This document shows positions 59,901 to 64,000 of a DNA stretch of 64,000 nucleotides, piece after piece. Origin of the DNA: Calditrichia bacterium (GTDB taxonomy: Bacteria; Calditrichota; Calditrichia; RBG-13-44-9; J075). The first letter of the stretch is position 1. Every line of letters begins with the position of its first letter. The position numbers were made by a program, and so were the translations under genes. The notes under the pieces were generated by a model. The model was given only the letters and a program-made list of their open reading frames with translations, did no database searches and was not told the origin of the DNA. Location: the NCBI GenBank assembly GCA_050633245.1, contig JBOEGD010000032.1, positions 59,405 through 123,404 on the forward strand. Direction: 5' to 3'.

Positions 59901-60504
59901 CGATCAGGGTGATTTTTTGCTCGTCGAGCTCAACGCGAATTTCTTCCTCATAACCCCCTTTTACCCGCACGGATGCGACACCGGGAATGGTTTCCAGTGC
60001 ACGTTTAATTTGCTCTTCGGCAAGATAACGCTCGAAAAACAAATCGCCGCTACCCGCCAGACCCAATCGCAATATCGGGTCGAGGGATGGATCATATTTT
60101 AATATGAGCGGTTTATCAGCATCATTTGGCAGGAAAATGCGATCCAGCTTTTCACGCACTTCGCTGATGGCCTCGCTCATATCGGTGTCCCAGTTGAACT
60201 CTAAAATAACGTCGGACTGTCCGGCCTTGGAAATAGAGGTGACGTTAACGAGGTTTGTAACCACGCCAAGTGCCTCTTCAATGGGGCGGGATATTGAGGT
60301 TTCAACTTCTTCGGGAGCAGTTCCCTCATAGCCGGTACGAACGGTTAATGATGGATAGGTAATATCCGGCATCAGATTTAATGCCAGTCGTTCATAGGAG
60401 ATAAAGCCAAAAATGATGATGCCGATTGTGATCATAAAAATTCCCACCGGGCGCTGGGTGGTAAATCGAAAGAAACTATGATCGTTGGCTGAATTCTGTT
60501 TCAT
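56926..60504 (-). CDS. RND (AcrB/SwrC-like) transporter permease subunit 1
   Basis: RPVG, LGIGMLVDNSIVVIE, GIVVNNAIV, RLRPILMT, PMAITVIAGL. Confidence 0.93.
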   Translation of the reverse strand: MKQNSANDHSFFRFTTQRPVGIFMITIGIIIFGFISYERLALNLMPDITYPSLTVRTGYEGTAPEEVETSISRPIEEALGVVTNLVNVTSISKAGQSDVILEFNWDTDMSEAISEVREKLDRIFLPNDADKPLILKYDPSLDPILRLGLAGSGDLFFERYLAEEQIKRALETIPGVASVRVKGGYEEEIRVELDEQKITLIGLDIQQIRQRLAQENINLAGGELKEGQTEYIVRTLNEFRSIDEISELKLNNAQGRDIKLADVGKVYRTFKERQIITRLNSKEMQSAGLGNIDESVELEVYKEGDANIVQVAERVRERVFGTEAQLAWVEENKSDKEEETKEEAKEDSQAGGGGRRGGPGGAQMLERQMTNFIAYGIPENLRISLLSDQSVFIKNSIDEVKSTAMWGGVLAVLILLLFLRNLSSTVIVGLAIPISIIATFTPMRLFDVSLNIMSLGGLALGIGMLVDNSIVVIESIFRCREEGDSVTESVIRGTGEVGAAVTASTLTTIAVFFPMVFVQGIAGQIFGNLALTVVFSLLASLVVALFFIPMLASRVFNLPVSQKAIGTPAEFFSNTSFWTTFKNSLHWGSHKWSNASVLKRLWLAPALAAGLGFVILRLGLHTVLALARAVLTAAMTAIFAIVGVVVIVWNRAIFPVIEWVINKFNSALNILSDRYSSIISSALANKQSVLMMALIPFLLAVFVLLPRLGSELIPEVRQGEFNVELTLPIGTPVETTSEVIRPIEDLILANESVKQISTVAGIDITKVSDSESGEHTAKITVNLVDSNDPAALEDQVLESIRREISNYSGIVYNISRPVLFSFKTPVEVEIQGFNLAALAQVSRDAVKELEKVDGLTDVKSNLQRGNPEVQIIYDRERLAFYGLNIRTVAELVRNKVRGDVATQFKKEDRRIDVLVRVRDEDKASLANLKRLNVNPGGEFPISLESVSHIEINEGPSEIRRIDQERSAVILANIEGRDLSSVSEDVFITMQNMELPEGFSFNISGQNKEMEVSLGSLQLALLLAIFLVYIVMASQFESFVHPFVILFTVPFALIGVILILFLFNIPLNIMVFLGLIMLAGIVVNNAIVLVDYINQLRRKGMEKDEAIKAAGMARLRPILMTTATTVLGLFPMALGLGEGAEIRTPMAITVIAGLLSATFLTLVVTPTVYAIFDRSEVEVTESANEADPAISGA

Positions 60505-60598
60505 AATGACGGGGTTCCTGTATGTTGCGGTGCGGAAGATTCAATTTTTCATATGGGCCTGAGCCGGAATAGCTCCGGCTCACTCAGATAGCTGTCTT

Positions 60599-61801
60599 TT
60601 AGTTGACTGCAGAAAGCGTCTTGCCAGCGGTTTGCCAGGAAAAAGACTTTTCATTCGTTACTTTAATTTTGCTGCCGTCCTTCAGGCCGCTCTGACCCAG
60701 AACAACAACTTTTGTCCCCGGTTTCAGATCATTCATTATTTCAACTTTTACCGCATCCTCGAAGCCCTTATCCAAAAGAACGCGTTCGGCTGTTTCTCCA
60801 TTCGCGACAAAAAAGAAGGTTCGTTCATTCTCGTAAACCAGTGCGGTCTTGGGAAGCAGACGCGTATTCTCGTGTGTGTCCACAATCAGTTTCGTAGAGA
60901 CAAACATTCCTGGACGCAGTTGATTTTTAGTATCCTTCACCGCAACAACGACTTTAAACGTGCCGCTTTGGGAATCAATAATCGGGCTGATACGTTTTAC
61001 AAAGCCATTTAGCCGAACACCTGGAACAACATCGGAGGTTACTATGGCCTTCTGACCTTTAAAGGTTCTGGTAAACTCATTTTGTGGCACGTAAACCTGA
61101 ACAATCTTGTCATCCAGATTAGCGATGGAAAGTAGCTTGGTCGACGTCTGAATACGATCTCCAAGGCGAACCGGGCGGTCGCCTGCATAGCCTGAAATAG
61201 GTGCGGGAACGGTCGTATAGCGCAGGTTTAATGCAGCCTGCTTCCAGGCAATTTCAGCCTGCTTCATAACCAGACGTGCATTTTCAAATTCTTCTTCGCT
61301 CAACAACTCTTTATCCTGAAGAGATTTGAAACGCTCGAACTGCGTTTTCTCTTTTTCATAGTCAAGACGCGCTTTTTGTTCACTCAGCTCGTATTCATCT
61401 TTTTCGATCTGGAGTAAGCGCTGTCCCTTGCGAACTTTATCACCTTCCTGCACGTAAACAGCAACAACCAGTCCGCCGATTCTGGAATAGACATCTACTG
61501 TTTGTTCCGTCTCCAGTGTAGAGCTATATACCAGAGAGCTGGAAATATCTCCCCTGACAAGGCTCGTAACTTCAACCGGAATTGCGCTGCTGCTTCCCGT
61601 ATTCTTTTCGAAGCCCTGACGGGAAAGAGATGGCTTGTCACTGCCATTTTGCTCTGAGTCGTTATTCTCGTTTGCAGTGCTATCCGCATTCTCTGCGCTA
61701 TTGTCATCTGCTTTTTCACTGGCGTTTGAGGTTTGAACCTCACATCCTGTCAGAAGCCCCGCTAGAAGAAGAGCCGCAAACAGCGTAAGTAACTGTTTCA
61801 T
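60599..61801 (-). CDS. RND membrane fusion (periplasmic adaptor) lipoprotein
   Basis: Lipobox LLTGC; V.EGD.V.KGQ.L, APISG, LRPGMF; ATG at 61801. Confidence 0.92.
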   Translation of the reverse strand: MKQLLTLFAALLLAGLLTGCEVQTSNASEKADDNSAENADSTANENNDSEQNGSDKPSLSRQGFEKNTGSSSAIPVEVTSLVRGDISSSLVYSSTLETEQTVDVYSRIGGLVVAVYVQEGDKVRKGQRLLQIEKDEYELSEQKARLDYEKEKTQFERFKSLQDKELLSEEEFENARLVMKQAEIAWKQAALNLRYTTVPAPISGYAGDRPVRLGDRIQTSTKLLSIANLDDKIVQVYVPQNEFTRTFKGQKAIVTSDVVPGVRLNGFVKRISPIIDSQSGTFKVVVAVKDTKNQLRPGMFVSTKLIVDTHENTRLLPKTALVYENERTFFFVANGETAERVLLDKGFEDAVKVEIMNDLKPGTKVVVLGQSGLKDGSKIKVTNEKSFSWQTAGKTLSAVN

Positions 61802-62009
61802 TGTGCTGGAATTCCTGTGTTTGGTGTACCGATCAAATGTTACATCTACACTACGTGAGAAGCAATTAGAAGTTTGCATTTTAATTTAATTTTTAACAAA
61901 AATTGAAATTCCTAACTATTCTGGCAATATTGGATTGGTTTTTATATTGTTTATATCCAAATCTTTTGCGGTGATGAGCGATTTTTGTGGACGATGTGAC
62001 TCACTAATA

Positions 62010-62036
62010 AGACACATGGTCTAGTAAAAGGTTGCA
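62010..62036 (-). promoter_or_regulatory. Possible ECF-sigma promoter for the RND operon
   Basis: Minus strand TGCAAC-N17-GTCT. Confidence 0.3.
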
Positions 62037-62080
62037 GGATTATTCTAAAACTTACGCCCTTTAGCAGGAAATATTGCTCG

Positions 62081-62728
62081 ATGAAACAAAAAGTGATTCT
62101 ACTTTTGGTCAGATACGTGGCGCCGCTGATTTTACGCTGCTACTTTTGCACGATGCGAATTGAGGAGAAGAACAGTTTGGTGCGCGATGAAAATGAGCAA
62201 ACCAGTCGAGGTGCGATCTTTGCCCTTTGGCATGAAAACATCATGGCGCCGATTTATGTCAACCGAAATCAAGGATTTGAAATACTAGTCAGTAAGCATT
62301 TTGATGGTGAAATTGTGGCGTCGATTTTAAACTCGTTTGGCTATAAAACGGCTCGAGGTTCTTCCTCGCGAGGTGGGGCGAAGGCATATCTTGCGTTGCG
62401 AGATGAGCTTTGCAAGGGAGAGAATAAAATTGCGATAACTCCTGATGGTCCGCGCGGGCCGCGGCGAAAAGTGAAAGCGGGAGTACTTCATATAGCCGGT
62501 CGTACCGGTCGCCCGATAATCCCCGTTGGTGTTGCAACAAGTCACTCAAAGCGCCTTAGAAGCTGGGACAAGTTTTTGCTGTTGGTTCCTTTTAGCAAGG
62601 TAATTGTCGCCTATGGAACTCCGGTTGAAGTGCCGGCAGAGCTTTGTGGTGAAGGGCTCGACCGCATGAAAGGTGAGCTACAGACGGTTCTGAACGATCT
62701 TGATAAAACTGCTGCGACATGGTTGTAA
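62081..62728 (+). CDS. DUF374 lysophospholipid-acyltransferase-family protein
   Basis: LWHE, SKHFDGE, RGSSSRGG, TPDGPRGP, SWDKF; typical lpxK neighbour. Confidence 0.9.
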   Translation: MKQKVILLLVRYVAPLILRCYFCTMRIEEKNSLVRDENEQTSRGAIFALWHENIMAPIYVNRNQGFEILVSKHFDGEIVASILNSFGYKTARGSSSRGGAKAYLALRDELCKGENKIAITPDGPRGPRRKVKAGVLHIAGRTGRPIIPVGVATSHSKRLRSWDKFLLLVPFSKVIVAYGTPVEVPAELCGEGLDRMKGELQTVLNDLDKTAATWL

Positions 62729-63777
62729 TGTTGAAATGGTTTCGTTGGATTCTGTTGCCGCTAGGTGTTCTGCATCTAACCGCTATACAGCTACGCCACA
62801 TTGCCTATCGCTTCGGTTTTTTCAAACGACGCTACCTACCGGTTCCGGTAATATCTGTAGGTAATATTCAGGCAGGTGGAACCGGAAAAACCCCATTCGT
62901 TATTTTACTGCTTCAACAACTACAGGAAAGCGGGCTTCGGGTCGGCATTCTTTCACGTGGTTATGGTCGCCAGTCCGAAGGAATACTTACCTTTACGACA
63001 AATGGTGAGCAGCAGCCGACGGCTACAACGGCTGGCGATGAGCCAATTGAGATCTGGCCTCATATTACAGCAGGTGGAATGGGGATTGGTGCAGATCGCT
63101 ATGAAGCGGGAATGACGCTGTTAGAGACGTGCCAACTGGATTGCATCCTTTTGGATGACGGGTTACAACATCAGCGTCTTGGCAGGGATTTGGATATTTG
63201 CTTAATTGATGTTTCCAGCTGGCAATTCCACCCATTTCTATTGCCGTTCAGCTATTTGCGGGACATAAAGAATAAGCTGCGCGATGTCGATTGGATTATT
63301 CTTAATAAATGGGAAGCACAGCCGCACAAGCTGACGCAAATAGAACCTGAGTTGGCGAGTTATCCAGCTAATATAAAGAGAGCGCGATTCACTTTTGCCG
63401 ATATCACCAATCTTTATGGTGAGAAGATCAAAGAAAAACCAATGCGCGTAGGCATGATTTGTGGAATCGCCAATCCGCAATACTTTGCCGACATGCTATC
63501 GGGAGCCGGTTACGAGATCGTTTGGCAGAAGCACTTCGCCGATCACCATTCCTATACTAATAGCGAATTGCTGGATGTGCTGGAGCTAGCCAAAACAGCT
63601 GGGGCAGAACAGCTGATAACGACAGAGAAAGACGCTGTTAAGATACGTCCGCTTCTTGCAGGGAAATCTGAACAGAACAAGCACTTTGCCATTGCGAATC
63701 TAAAGATTGAAGTCGCGGATGACAGGAAGCTGTTGCAGCAAATAATAAGCATCGTTGGCAAGAGTCGTTCGCAATAA
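62719..63777 (+). CDS. lpxK: Tetraacyldisaccharide 4'-kinase
   Basis: SVGNIQAGGTGKTP, LSRGYG, GDEP, LDDGLQH, GIANP, FADHH, TTEKDAVK. Confidence 0.95.
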   Translation: MVVMLKWFRWILLPLGVLHLTAIQLRHIAYRFGFFKRRYLPVPVISVGNIQAGGTGKTPFVILLLQQLQESGLRVGILSRGYGRQSEGILTFTTNGEQQPTATTAGDEPIEIWPHITAGGMGIGADRYEAGMTLLETCQLDCILLDDGLQHQRLGRDLDICLIDVSSWQFHPFLLPFSYLRDIKNKLRDVDWIILNKWEAQPHKLTQIEPELASYPANIKRARFTFADITNLYGEKIKEKPMRVGMICGIANPQYFADMLSGAGYEIVWQKHFADHHSYTNSELLDVLELAKTAGAEQLITTEKDAVKIRPLLAGKSEQNKHFAIANLKIEVADDRKLLQQIISIVGKSRSQ

Positions 63778-63832
63778 AGATTGTGTTCCTCGGAATATCT
63801 CAGAAATAAAATCAATTATCTTTATTTAACTA

Positions 63833-63861
63833 TTGACAACGCCTGCATGCCAGTGTATATT
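63833..63861 (+). promoter_or_regulatory. Sigma70 promoter of tRNA-fMet
   Basis: TTGACA-N17-TATATT. Confidence 0.8.
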
Positions 63862-63876
63862 GGCCTCCCATTACAT

Positions 63877-63953
<77 letters not shown>

Positions 63954-64000
63954 AATTTCAAAACGAATTTCTTGTGCTTTAAGAAGTTCTCAAAAAAAGC

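Overview
A 64-kb chromosomal window from a diderm, LPS-producing bacterium (lpxK present). The gene repertoire resembles the FCB group and relatives such as Calditrichota/KSB1, but that is inference only. Housekeeping loci are argH, alaS, lpxK, an ALDH7-type aldehyde dehydrogenase, tRNA-Asp(GTC) and initiator tRNA-Met(CAT). They are interspersed with signalling genes (three hybrid His kinases, a degenerate kinase plus NtrC-family regulator, BlaI/BlaR1, an HTH-less MalT-like ATPase), envelope genes (alpha-2-macroglobulin, a two-subunit RND pump, an ABC-2 exporter), a carbamoyltransferase-SxtJ-DUF5989 trio, and many intergenic 7/8/13/14-bp tandem repeats and REP-like palindromes. No CRISPR array, rRNA, integrase or transposase is seen. 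Best candidates for undescribed systems: (1) a secreted small protein with a near-C-terminal PCPPFC motif upstream of a 7TM membrane protein coupled to a sensor-less hybrid kinase (possible ligand/receptor/kinase module); (2) an SPFH + NAD-kinase-like + radical SAM + nucleotidyltransferase gene cluster whose sigma70 promoter is overlapped by an NrtR-type GT-N7-AC palindrome; (3) a catalytically dead beta-lactamase-family lipoprotein heading an ABC-2 exporter/hydrolase cluster.
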